Below, one piece after another: positions 52,885-64,000 of a DNA stretch of 64,000 bases (the stretch's first letter is position 1; each line of letters opens with the position of its first letter). The notes under the pieces are model-generated. The model did no database searches. It had not been told where the DNA came from and saw nothing but the letters and a program-made list of their open reading frames with translations. The stretch lies in assembly GCA_000004985.1 (NCBI GenBank), contig GG738849.1. The stretch is one strand, 5' to 3'. This DNA comes from Naegleria gruberi. Lineage: Eukaryota. The position numbers were made by a program, and so were the translations under genes.

Positions 52885-54194
52885 ATGAGTCATTATGCTA
52901 TGCCTTTTCTGATCTTCAATCTCGGTGGAGAGATGATGTACATTCTCCATCAAAGATTGGAAGCTCAAAAGATTACCGAGGAGAAGAGTAAGAAGGTTCT
53001 TCAAGATGTAGTCAAGCATATGTTTGATGAGGAATTTATTAATGAATTGGTTAAACCTCAAAAGATGTATTCTGATGCTTCTATTAGACATGTTTTTGAA
53101 AAGTTGGCACACTCCTCCATCATGAGACTCTCCACTAGCAGTATGAACAAGGTAAGGTTGAAATGGAAAATATTACGGAATTAATATTTCCTTATTGTTA
53201 TTATTACTTATAGTTGTACGATTTGATGGTAATGGGTTTAAAGTACTCTTTCATTGCCTGTAATCACCCTCATGAAATACTCCAATTTACTTTGAATCAC
53301 TTGGATGAAATTGAAAATATTATCGGCAAGCTTGATAGTGATGAAACTGCCCTAGAAGCAAAGAAGTGTGTTCAACGAGCTGTAAACGAAATTGTTGAGG
53401 TAAGTGCTCATTGAAAGGACTTATTATTTATATTAAATTGATCAATAGATCTCAAAGAAAATGTCCCTCAATGATTTTATTAAATGCAGATATACTATTT
53501 GTAATTTCTTGAAGGATAGAAATATAAAGGTTTCAATCTTTTTGAATTGCAAGATTCAACACCGATCAAATGGTCACTTTAGAATTCCAAACAATAAGCA
53601 ATATCCACTCGGATTTGATAAGCCTGGAACTTGCAGATATTTTGAAGCTGAAGGAAATTTGAAAGAAACTGAATTAATAGCAAATCACCCAATGAAAGAT
53701 TTTACTCACAGTACAGTTACACATTCTGATTCAAATCAAAGAACAAGTGATTTGGGGGCCAACTTGTAAGTTTATTCTCCTTCCTTTATTATATTTTATG
53801 AATTTCCTAAATTTGGAATTTGTTTATTAACCATAGCTACTCTTCCACAAAACCTAAAATTGCCCAACAAGAACACACTGATGATGATAATGAAAACTAT
53901 TCATTCTCTGCTGTGAAGAAGAGTCACGACACAACTAGTGAATTAAATTTCTTGGCAAACCTTATTCATGGACCAAAAGAAACAAAGGAAACCTTCAAGG
54001 TTAACCTCTTCTCCAAGTTTGATATTTTCGAAGAACCTGAGGAAGATGAAACCGTTGAAACTGTAGAGAAAAAGTTTGAGGAATTGATTTTCGATTGTAG
54101 AGTAAGCAATAGAGTGAATGTTGACTTTGATATTAGTTCCACTCCTTCAAACATTGTTGAACAAGATGACTTGTTGGAATTGATGGATTCATAA
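52885..54194 (+). CDS. OSCP1: OSCP1 (organic solute carrier partner 1) homologue with four exons (52885-53151, 53214-53399, 53449-53765, 53837-54194).
   Basis: N-terminus MPFLIFNLGGEMMYILHQRLEAQKI..KVLQDVV..MFDEEFINELVKPQKMYSDASIRHVFEKLAHSSIMRLSTSSMNK|LYDLMVMGLKYSF is collinear with metazoan OSCP1. Later exons match FLKDRNIKVSIFL..NGHFRIP and the C-terminal DDLLELMDS. Introns are GTAAGG/GTAAGT..AG with consistent phases. Confidence 0.85.
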
Positions 54195-54308
54195 ATTTTG
54201 TATTTTATAAACTTCATATTGTTATTGAAATAGTAATCCATTTAAAGAATTAAATAAAATTCATTTAATAGGTAATTAATATTTAAATTCATTAATTGAC
54301 TAAAAAAA

Positions 54309-56216
54309 ATGGATGAAATTAACCTTGATGATTTTGCAATAAAAAATGACTCAAGCCCGTCCGATATTGTAGATAGATTGGAAATTCCTCTTCACACCAA
54401 AAATCACCATCAACAGAATAGTTATAGTGAGGAAAATTTATTAAATAATTTAAAGCTGGCCTATGAATTTTCCAAACGATTAATCCGAACTTCACTTGGA
54501 CCATTCAGTAAAGATAAACTAATTGTCAAGGGTGATTTACAAAAAAGCATCCTTGTTACGAATGATGGACGAACGTTAATGGAGGAAATGTTCAAATTGA
54601 GATCTCTCAATGAGAATAGAGAACAACATCCAATTCATACACTACTCTATCAATTATCAAAAAATCAAGACAATACAGTAGGTGATGGAACAACTAGTGT
54701 TGTCGTCTTGTGTGGAGAAATGTGTAAATTATCTGTGGAATTGATTGAAAAATGGAATTTGAGTGTAGATAAGATTATGAAAGGTTTTCAAAAAACTTTG
54801 GATTATATTTTAAGAGAATGGTTATCTGTTTTTACGAAACCATTGAGAGAGGTTGACCCAACAGAGAGCTCTTTAAAAGCTAGTAGATTTTTAAACCTTT
54901 CAAAAATCAAAGATTTAACACAGAGTGATATTGAAAAAATTGCAGCTAAATCATGCCTCCTTTCCAAACAAGTGAAAAATATTTGTGAGGAACTCAGTTC
55001 AATAGCAGTGGAAGCCATTCACGCTACAGCAGGCAAGCTTCATTTCATCAATGTGGACACTCTGATTATTGATAATCAAAATTTAATGAATCAACAACAT
55101 ATTGACAGTAGTACTAATGTAATTCTAATTGAATCTGGAATATGTTTGGTTGGTAAAAATTTGGCATCCAATTTGAATATGAAATTTTCAATGAGAGATT
55201 GCAGAATTGCTCTATTTTCATGTCCCATAGAAACACCTCGACTCAAGACACGACACCACATTAATATTACCAATTCAAAACAATATCAAGAATTGGAAGC
55301 TGTTGAAAATTCCTACCTTGAAGAAGTTATTTCAATTCTGAAGAATTGTAATGTAAATATAATAGTCTCACAATGGGGATTCGATAATAGATTTCATGAT
55401 TACCTAGTTGAGAACAACCTTATTGGTATAAGGTGGGTTGGTGCCGATGAATTGGATAGAATTGCTCTCGCTACAGGTGCCTCAATTTGCCCACAAGTGG
55501 CTCACTTTACTGAAAATATGCTTGGTTATGCTGGAAAATTTGAATATCAGGAGGGTGACAAGTTAATGACCTTTACTGAGTGCATAGAACCAAAAGTTTG
55601 CTCAATCCTAATACGATCCTCAAATGAGTTTCTTGCCCAAGAAACAGCTCGTTCCATGAATGATGCGCTAATGAGTGTTCGATCCGTATATTCTCACCTC
55701 TCCAACAAACACAATGTGTTAGAAAAGAACTCTGAAGACAATTTGGAAACTCTCTCCCTTATTCCTCCATTAAGCTATGGAGGTGGATGTTTTGAAATGC
55801 AAATTTATTCTCTCGTAATGGAAAATTTGGAAAAGATTGAACCAAATGATTTTCTCACTCAAACCATTGCCAAGCATTGGGCAAAAAGCCTTCTGGTTGT
55901 TCCATCTACATTTGCTGAAAATTCAGGACTCTCTGTAATTGAAACAATTCAAACTCTGATTGACAAGCATCAATTAGGAGAATATTATTGTGGACTATTT
56001 GCCAACTCATTCACCCAAGATGATCTATTGAGAGATGAGAAACTGATTGAGGAATATTCCAAACCTTGTTCAAATACTTGCAATTTTCTAATGCAAATTA
56101 AGAATATGAGCGAGACACAAGTTATGGAAAATATTCTTGTCAAGATGAATGTTCTCATTTTAGCAACTGAAATGGTTAATATGATTTTAAAAATTGATGA
56201 GAATATCATGTATTGA
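54309..56216 (+). CDS. Divergent TCP-1/cpn60-family (group II chaperonin-like) protein of 635 aa.
   Basis: Retains the CCT signature VGDGTTSVVVLCGEM and the equatorial/apical/equatorial order, but is otherwise highly diverged from canonical CCT subunits. Confidence 0.7.
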   Translation: MDEINLDDFAIKNDSSPSDIVDRLEIPLHTKNHHQQNSYSEENLLNNLKLAYEFSKRLIRTSLGPFSKDKLIVKGDLQKSILVTNDGRTLMEEMFKLRSLNENREQHPIHTLLYQLSKNQDNTVGDGTTSVVVLCGEMCKLSVELIEKWNLSVDKIMKGFQKTLDYILREWLSVFTKPLREVDPTESSLKASRFLNLSKIKDLTQSDIEKIAAKSCLLSKQVKNICEELSSIAVEAIHATAGKLHFINVDTLIIDNQNLMNQQHIDSSTNVILIESGICLVGKNLASNLNMKFSMRDCRIALFSCPIETPRLKTRHHINITNSKQYQELEAVENSYLEEVISILKNCNVNIIVSQWGFDNRFHDYLVENNLIGIRWVGADELDRIALATGASICPQVAHFTENMLGYAGKFEYQEGDKLMTFTECIEPKVCSILIRSSNEFLAQETARSMNDALMSVRSVYSHLSNKHNVLEKNSEDNLETLSLIPPLSYGGGCFEMQIYSLVMENLEKIEPNDFLTQTIAKHWAKSLLVVPSTFAENSGLSVIETIQTLIDKHQLGEYYCGLFANSFTQDDLLRDEKLIEEYSKPCSNTCNFLMQIKNMSETQVMENILVKMNVLILATEMVNMILKIDENIMY

Positions 56217-56499
56217 TTGAAAATCAACACCCATTGAATGTTATCCATCCTATGTAAATTGTACCACAGGCAGACATGATAGTATTATTATTCTGTTGTA
56301 AAGAAGAAAAAGAAAAATATTATTAGATTGTTGTCATCTTTGAGATTCTTTGAGAGAATGTGAAATTTCTTCAATTTCATTCAGCCACCACTTGCGACAG
56401 ACTCTGTTAAAACAGAATCAGCCAAAATATTGAATTTCCATCGCAGTTATTAAAAATCGTTTTTAAAAAAATTACCCAATTTTTGAATAGTAATATATA

Positions 56500-57399
56500 A
56501 TGGCTGCTGTCGATCTCTCTGCTTATCCACGTGTTGATTTGGCTTTCATTGGTGGCACCGGTCTCTCAAAGGCTGAAGGTCTTGAAAATGTTATCACTGT
56601 TGAACCATTTGAAACTCCATTCGGTAAACCATCATCACCAATTGTTATTGGTACTATTAACGGTTTGACTGTTGCTTTCTTGTGTAGACACGGTCTTTCT
56701 CACTCTGTTCAACCAACCGATGTTCCATATCGTGCCAACATTTTTGCTCTCAAATCACTTGGTGCTAATAATTTAGTTTCTTTCGGAGCTGTTGGTTCAT
56801 TGCAAGAAGAATTGGCTCCAAAACACTTTGTTGTTGTTGACCAATTCATTGATCGTACCAAATTCCGTCAATCTGAAAATACTTTCTATGATAGAGAAGG
56901 TTTGGTTGCTCACGTTTCATTCGGTGAACCAACTTGTAAGACTTTGTCTCAATTGGTTGTTGATTCATGCTCACGTATTGAAACTATTCCAAAGACTCAT
57001 GCCACTGGTACTTATGTCTGTATGGAAGGTCCATGTTTCTCATCACGTGCCGAAAGTAAAATGTATAGAATGTGGGGTGGTAGTATCATCGGAATGACTT
57101 GTTTGCAAGAAGCTAAATTGGCTCGTGAAGCTGAAATGGCCTTTGCTTGTGTTGGTATGGTCACTGATTATGATGCTTGGAAAGATGAAGCTGAACCAGT
57201 TACTGTTGAAGAAGTTGTCAAGATTTTGCACGATAATGGTGACAATGCTAGAAGAGTTATTCAAGAAGTTGCCAAATCTTTCACCAAGTTTGAATCAAGT
57301 GCTCACTCTGCCATGAAATTCTCCTTGTTGAAGCCAGCCAGTAGTTTAAGCGATGATCTCAAGAAGACTTATGCTCCAATTTTGGCCAAATATTATTAA
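56500..57399 (+). CDS. MTAP: S-methyl-5'-thioadenosine phosphorylase (MTAP), PNP/MTAP family.
   Basis: IGGTGLS..FETPFGKPS..GTINGLTVAFLCRHG..H..P..V.YRANIFALKSLG and the C-terminal MTAP-type region. 299 aa. Confidence 0.92.
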   Translation: MAAVDLSAYPRVDLAFIGGTGLSKAEGLENVITVEPFETPFGKPSSPIVIGTINGLTVAFLCRHGLSHSVQPTDVPYRANIFALKSLGANNLVSFGAVGSLQEELAPKHFVVVDQFIDRTKFRQSENTFYDREGLVAHVSFGEPTCKTLSQLVVDSCSRIETIPKTHATGTYVCMEGPCFSSRAESKMYRMWGGSIIGMTCLQEAKLAREAEMAFACVGMVTDYDAWKDEAEPVTVEEVVKILHDNGDNARRVIQEVAKSFTKFESSAHSAMKFSLLKPASSLSDDLKKTYAPILAKYY

Positions 57400-57905
57400 A
57401 CTTTTAAAGTTTTTTATTATTGCTTGTATCAGTAGAGAATGATCTGAAAAACAGAATGATGATGTGATGCTTATTATGCAACTAATAGTGAAAAAGGCAT
57501 CAATTTATTGGATTGAACTCATCGTAAACTCAAAGCGTGTTTGAGCACTGTACAACTTCCTCATTAGATTCAAAAAAGAAAAAATTCATCACGTTTGAAT
57601 ACAGCAACTAAAGCAGTAGAGAGCAGTAGGAGGTTGTTGATCACCCGAATAAAACGCCACAATCTATTGCCATAGATTTCTTCATTACTAACCAAACTAC
57701 CACCACACTTGTTGAAGGTTTATTTTACTGGGAAAAGTAAACCTCCATCATCATAACATTACCTCTTCATCATTTGATTGGGATTATAATTTTGTTGTAG
57801 TAACAATCTAGTATTACATTGTTTATTTCATTACTTCATCAAATAGTAATAAGAAACAATTTAAATTAAATACACACAATTAAACACTTTTAGGAGTGAA
57901 AGCAC

Positions 57906-60900
57906 TTGATGATTGATCCATCTCAAAATTCAGAGTTAGAAACCTCTTTTAATTTACTTGATCAAGAAGAAAAGGAATTAATTGAACCTCATTATCACTT
58001 TATCCAAAGATCATCAGATTGGATTGAATTAATTCATAACAAAAAACCTCTCAACAATATGCCTCATCGGAACATGTATAATGACACTCCAAGTGATACC
58101 AGCTCAAATAATATAACTCCAAGTAATGCCAATAATGATGATTCACCAGACGTTACACCACTTCATATTTATCTAACCACCCACAAACATGGTCACCACA
58201 TGATTCATGCAAAGAAGGATCAACCATTTGCTCCATCCTTTTTAAATGATGCTGGCTATGAGAGTGGCAGTTCCTCAAATGACGATGATACTGCTCCATC
58301 GAGTGCCTGCGATGAAGTCACTCCAGCCATAACTACTCCTGTTCACTTTCTAACAGAACAACATCATCCCTATTCACCTACCACAATTAACAAATCTTCC
58401 TCAACTAAAGAGTTTCCAACAAGTCACAATCCAGATAATGTACAAAAGTAAGTTTTCCCTTTTTGTTCAATGGAACTAAATTTTCTTGTGATTTGATCAT
58501 TATTTGAAATTTAGAAAAAGGTCTCGAGTTGCTTCTTTACCAGTTACAAATCAACAAGAGAAACTTGTCACAAATAATAATAGCAAAGCAAATCATCCTA
58601 CTATTACTACCAACGATAATAATACTCCTTCTACCACCTCTACCACTTCTCAAACACCTCCAACAAATATTAATAATCCAACTGCTGGTATTCATCATAT
58701 TCAAAGCCAGCCAAACATGCTTTCCAATCAACCAATATCTCTTCTTTCTCAATCATTATTAAAACAAAGTGATGAACATGACTTTTATATGGTCAACGAG
58801 GAAGAAGTTACAAGTGCTTCTGCACTTATTGGAAAACAAAAATATTATAGCGAGGTTAATTTACCAAGTATGGACGTTTCTCCTCTCAAATCGAATGGTC
58901 AATCAATGAAAAAACCAATCATCAAACATAATATTGGAAAACATCACCCAGAAGGAACAGAATCTTGGCTTTTACCAGGGGAATGTGTTCTTAATCATAT
59001 TAAAAAGGTTGGAGTCGTTAAAAATCTCCCAATTACATACTTTCCTCCAACTCATTCCAACCCACAAGCAATTTCATCTCAAGGACCTTTTATTGAGCAA
59101 CCAAAACAAGCTTCTGGAGAATTTTTAACAACAGCAGAGGAATTATTGAATGATTTTAATGTTTATGACTTATTGAATACAGTAGGCGGATCTAGCTCAA
59201 ATTATGGAAGTGCTGGAAGTACTATTAGCACTAATGGTAATGCTACTTCCACTAATGTTGGTGATCAATCTGATACTGAGCCTACTCTTGTTATTGGCGA
59301 GTTATATATTACAAATTATCAAATTAGATTCCAAGTAAGTTTCTCAATTTTTTTTAGTTATTTTAACAATTAAATAGTGCGTTGCTAAACCATCTCTAGT
59401 TCTATCAACTCCAACATCTTGTATTCTTAGAATGGCTCCAAAATATCCACAATCAGAGACAAATACCTACAGCAACTATTACAGTCAATATATTTCATCA
59501 AATGCAAATAATGGACCTACCACTGATAACAAGTTTAATAGTCTTGGATATATTAGTATTAAGAGCAAAGATTTGCAGGTTTTGAAATTTTTATTCTTTA
59601 GAGATTCTTCCTATACAATTGACAAAGTTATGGAGGCCCTTAAAGCTGCTACCTCAAAGAGAGTGTTTGCATTTGCATTCCGTAAACATATTTCCTCCTA
59701 TCCAATTCAAATATATTCTCAGGAGGATATTGAAAAGGGATGGAAGGTTTACAAGATGAAAAGAGAATTTAAAAGACAAGGCCTTTTCACAAGACACCAA
59801 AATAATCCAGCTTTTTCTTGGCGTATTAGTTCTATTAACTCAAAATTCAAAGTTTGTGACACTTATCCAGAACATTTTATTGTTCCTAAAGATGTTTCAG
59901 ATGAAATGCTTGCAGCTTCAGCAGCTTTTAGAAGTAAAGGAAGAATTCCAGTTCTTTCCTGGATTCATCCTCATAAGAATATTTGCATTGTAAGATCGAG
60001 TCAACCTATGGTAGGTATCACAAGAGCAAGATGTAAAGAAGATGAAGAGTTAGTTGATGCCATCAGAAGAGCATCTGGATCAGAGAGACTTCAGATTATT
60101 GACTGTAGACCAAAGGCAAACGCTTGGGCCAATACAGTTATGGGAAAGGGTTATGAAAATATTGCATACTATACTAACTGTTCAATAGAGTTCATGAATA
60201 TTGAAAATATTCATGCCATGACTAACAGTCTTAATTTGCTAAAGAAATTAATTCAAAATAAGCAAAATAACGATCAATATTGGCTATCTTCTTTTGAGGC
60301 AACAGGATGGTTAAAACATACCAAGTTAATCATGCAAGCAGCTTCAAAGGTTGTAACTTATATTGAAAGATTTGATACATCAGTACTTGTTCACTGTAGT
60401 GATGGATGGGATCGTACCGCACAAATCTGCGCACTTGCAGAGCTTTTATTAGACCCTTATTACAGAACTATTAAGGGATTTGAAATTCTAATTGAGAGAG
60501 AGTGGGTTTCTTTTGGTCACAAGTTTCTAGATCGTGTAGGACATGGATGTGTTGGAAAAACTAATTCAGCCTCTGATGAAATTTCTCCTGTTTTTTTACA
60601 ATTTATTGATTGTGTTTGGCAAATTTGGCAACAATATCCTTCACATTTCGAGTTTAATGAGGCGTTCCTCTTCTTAATATTGGACAGTTTATATTCTTGT
60701 CGTTTTGGAAACTTTTTATTGAATTGTGCTAAACAACAGCTCGATGAAAATATTACAAAGGATACTATTTCGGTTTGGACAGAAGTAATGACAAACCCTT
60801 CTCTGTATTATAACGATGTTTATAACCCAAAGAATAGCGAATATTCAACATTAATTGTAAATACCGACATTGACACACTCTCCACACACTTTTGGATAAG

Positions 60901-61240
60901 CTACTTTTATCGATACAAGAAGGGTTCAAAGAACAGATATCACAGAATGCTCAAAAAGGCTATCACCAAGATGAAGAAGGAAAATGCAATTCTCTTGAAT
61001 TCTTTACAAGAGGAACTGTTGACAAGGAAGAGAATTGAGCTAGAGTTGGCCCAATCCAAACAAAAAATCAAATTTCTCGAAGGTCATAATTCATTAACTG
61101 ATGAATCCCACATAAGTGATTCGTATGGAAGTCATCCTGCTTCTGACACTTTAAGTTACAATGGTGAAGATGGAGACACGAAAGTTATTCGCTTCTCAAC
61201 CAGTGTGAAAGAAAATCTGGTGGAAAATTACTTTAAGTAA
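57906..61240 (+). CDS. Myotubularin-family phosphoinositide 3-phosphatase (catalytically competent) with a GRAM domain. It has three exons (57906-58447, 58515-59334, 59378-61240) and introns of 67 and 43 nt.
   Basis: Active site VHCSDGWDRTAQ (C-x5-R) with flanking myotubularin motifs (RIPVLSWIHP, LIEREWVSFGHKF). The GRAM-like LLPGECVLNHIKKVG..GELYITNYQIRFQ is split by the second intron. The N-terminal exon is low-complexity. Confidence 0.85.
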
Positions 61241-61273
61241 AACCACACAAAACATTTTAAACTTAATAATTTA

Positions 61274-61400
61274 TTGCTTAATCCTCTTCTTCATCGTCTT
61301 CCTCTTCCTCCTCCTCTTCTTCTTCCTCTTCTTCTTCCTCTTCTTCATCGTCTTCCTCTTCTTCTTCCTCTTCTTCCTCTTCTTCCTCTTCTTCATCTTC
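61274..61400. repeat. GAA/GAG (CTT/CTC on + strand) trinucleotide-rich tract encoding the poly-Glu/Asp tail of eIF2B-epsilon.
   Basis: Repeated cttcttcctcttc units. The +-strand ORF 61274-61501 (poly-Leu-Pro) is its antisense artefact. Confidence 0.7.
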
Positions 61401-63718
61401 GTCTTCAGAACCTTCTTCTAGTTCATTTACATATTCTTTACAAAGAGCCAAAATTGGTTTCATACTTTCTTCATCCAAATGTTCGTCATACCATTCAATA
61501 ACAGTATCATTATCCACAAGTTCTTGTACATTTAAAATCTTCACTATTGTGATAAGTGCTGGACGATACTTAACACCTTCATCGCTAGCTACAAAGTATA
61601 ACAAGTGGGTTAAGAGTAAAACTCTAGATTTCTTTACGCCCAACTTTAAGAAGTGTTCGAGCACTTCCATCCAACATCTCTTTCCATCTTTTCCAGTCAA
61701 TACATCAATAAACTTAGAAAGGAAATCAGTAATGTCATCCTTCTTTGAAATTGTGTCACAATAAACTAAAATACCAGTGAGACAACCAATGGCGATATCT
61801 TCAAAGCTGCTGTCATAGGTAAACTTGAGACCATTAAGTTCAAGTTTTGCATTTTCAATGCTGTGATTTTCGTCTATTGATCTTCTAATACTGGCTCTAA
61901 CCTCATCAAAGAAATCTATTCAGAAGGTAATTATGGATTGAAATATTACTAAATACTTACTAGCATCATCGATATCTTCATGATGTTGTTTGGTTGGCTT
62001 AACAACTTTATCACGCAAAGCCATATCTGATTCAAGTTTATCAGCATCAGCTTGAGAAACTCCCAATCTGTTAATTAATTGATCGCTCAAGAAGGATGGC
62101 AAAACGTGCAAAGAACCCACACCATTAACACCAACATAATTCTTGTTATTGACAACTTTTTTGGCAACCAGGTTGATACTTTTTCTTTCATTTTCAAAGG
62201 CATCATCAAATGAAACTTCTTCTTCTTGATTGGAATATTCATCCTTATCATATTCAATAGTTGTTAATCTGTGATGAGATTTGACAGTAAAATCTGGTCC
62301 AATAACAACATCATATGAAAGTACAGCACCGGTTTCCAATACAGAGTTTGTACACACTTTGACATTATCACAAATGAGAGATGATGTGATCTTTACATTA
62401 TCTTCAATAATAACATTATCCCAAATAAAACTAGCCTCAATTTGAACATTATTACCAATTTGAACATTTTTACCAATTACTGTTGCTTTGATCTTGGTAT
62501 TTTCTCCAATTATTGTTCCACTTCCAATTAAGCAATTTTCTCCAATCACACAACTCTTTGAGAGAGAAATGTTTGATTCATAATAGTTATTTGGTCTTGA
62601 ATATCTGAATGAAGTAGTTCCAGAAAAATTAGAATCTGGAGTGATAGGATACATCCATCTATTGATAAGATCCATGCTAATACTTTCATATGAATTGAGA
62701 TTACAAACTCTACCAGTATATCCATTATCATCAATATAAGCAATGACCTTATGTTCAACAACTTCCGATTTGTGGAGAACATATTTTTGGAATAAATCAT
62801 TTCTTAAATGCTTGTAATCGAATTGATCTTGGAAAACAGGAAGAATTTCAGGAGAACAAATATCAATTCTACAATCCATAACGTCAGAATAAATTCTAAT
62901 ATTATCTTTTGTTTGTTTAAAGTGACGAGTTTCAATCTTAAAATCAAGATTTTCCTTCTTTTCATTTTCATAATGTAATAATTGTTTACTCTTTTCAGAG
63001 ACAGCAATCCAAACAGAATCATTATCTTCATAGAATCTAACAGTATCTGGAGTACATTTACGGAAAATTGTTGTTGCCAAAATGTTGGAATCTAATTTTC
63101 TTTCAGCTCTAAAAAATGTACATTAAAATCAATCGAAATACAATAATAACATACTTGTGTCTTTCCACAATTGGTGCAAGATTAATATTACTAATCACAT
63201 CTCCTTGAATTAAAATAAAATCATTTCTAATTAAATCCATATCAGCAATTCTTCTGAGAGCATCACCAGCAGATTTGGCATCAGTTCCAACAATGGTAGA
63301 TACTTTAATATCAGCACTTGTTGCTTTTGGTGATTGTTTCCACTTGTTTGATGTTCTATTGACCAATTATTTGTATAAATATTTACTATTAATCTCTGGT
63401 ATCACTTACTCCAAATAACGTTTAATTTCATCGGCTCCGTGGCAACAATAAACATAAATTTCTTTTACTCCTGATGAAGCTAACAACTCCAAAATATATT
63501 CGATAATAGGAATGTTATTAACTGGAAGTAAACACTATTAAATAACAACAAGTGTGATTTTAATCAGCACGGATACTATTAAACAACATACTCTTGGTTT
63601 AGATAATGTAATTGGTCTCATTTCCTTTGTGAAAGAGTCGGCCAAAACGACCGCCTTTAAAACATCTTCAGTCTTGACTGGACCACCAGTCTTTTTAGTC
63701 TTTTTCATTTTTTTTAAA
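61278..63718 (-). CDS. EIF2B5: Translation initiation factor eIF2B epsilon subunit (nucleotidyltransferase-like N-terminal region, left-handed beta-helix hexapeptide repeats and a W2 domain with an acidic tail). It is multi-exon, with introns near 61920-61965, 63080-63108 and about 63370-63560. Exact boundaries are not resolved.
   Basis: N-terminal exon MKKTKKTGGPVKTEDVLKAVVLADSFTKEMRPITLSKPR. Hexapeptide-repeat block (IGENCLIGSGTIIGENTKIKATVIGKNVQIGNNVQIEASFIWDNVIIEDNVKI). C-terminal W2 domain (KDGKRCWMEVLEHFLK..LLYFVASDEGV..ILALCKEYVNELEEGSEDEDEEEEE). Confidence 0.8.
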
Positions 63719-64000
63719 TCAATTTTGAAAATTATCTTTTACTGGTAAGCAACTATTATTTAAATTAATAATAATAATTAGAAATTTTATTAATATCGCA
63801 CCAATACGCATGTCAGGATTGAATGATTATATAAATAATTTCTTAAAACTCATTATTTAATGTATTCAAAATATTCTAAAGTTAATTGGTTTTACTTAGT
63901 CACGTTTTACTCTCTTACTGTCTTGTGAGGAAGGTGTTGGGTGCTCTGTTCTTCTACCAGTACTTGTATTGGTTAAAAGTTGACTAGTTGTTAAGGATGG

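Noticed and set aside
44052-57399. Functional clustering of the methionine/folate-cycle genes MTHFR (44052-46121) and MTAP (56500-57399).
   Set aside because: They are separated by about 10 kb and four unrelated genes, and eukaryotic metabolic genes are rarely clustered. Probably coincidence.
61274-61501. Poly-Leu/Pro ORF on the + strand.
   Set aside because: It is the antisense of the GAA/GAG repeat encoding the acidic tail of eIF2B-epsilon.
1-64000. CRISPR arrays, rRNA genes, or integrated prophage/transposon with recognisable transposase/integrase.
   Set aside because: No direct-repeat/spacer arrays, no rRNA-like conserved blocks and no transposase/integrase/reverse-transcriptase motifs were seen in any frame. 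The only repeats are a 26-nt tandem duplication (11763-11824), the 28-bp inverted pair (4359-4760) and coding trinucleotide repeats.

Overview
This is an AT-rich eukaryotic nuclear scaffold, roughly 35% GC, with a 50-nt N gap at 39382-39431. It is densely packed with protein-coding genes on both strands. Many genes carry short canonical GT..AG spliceosomal introns, in two size classes (about 38-46 nt and about 52-250 nt). Recognisable genes: DYW-type PPR editing factor, copine-like vWA protein, B9D2, a bacterial-type ABC ATPase, Elp3, FYR-domain protein, SNM1/DCLRE1 nuclease, prolidase, CYP51, PRP18, mS41-like protein, WD40 protein, RhoGAP, a kinase-like giant protein, MTHFR, TAPT1, PLD3-like phospholipase D, OSCP1, a divergent TCP-1/cpn60-family chaperonin, MTAP, an active myotubularin and eIF2B-epsilon. 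There is also one tRNA-Lys(UUU)-like gene with a truncated T-arm. The standout is ORF 4822-6048, a type II secretion system major pseudopilin (GspG) homologue embedded in a much larger eukaryotic protein with a presequence-like N-terminus. The gene content (DYW-PPR, GspG, CYP51, ciliary genes, amoeboid signalling proteins) and the intron style fit a heterolobosean amoeboflagellate such as Naegleria, but that is inference. A mitochondrial T2SS-derived system (miT2SS: GspD/E/F/G plus co-occurring Gcp proteins) has, to my recollection, been reported in Naegleria, jakobids, malawimonads and hemimastigotes. This locus is best read as the GspG component of that system. No CRISPR arrays, rRNA genes or clear transposons were seen.
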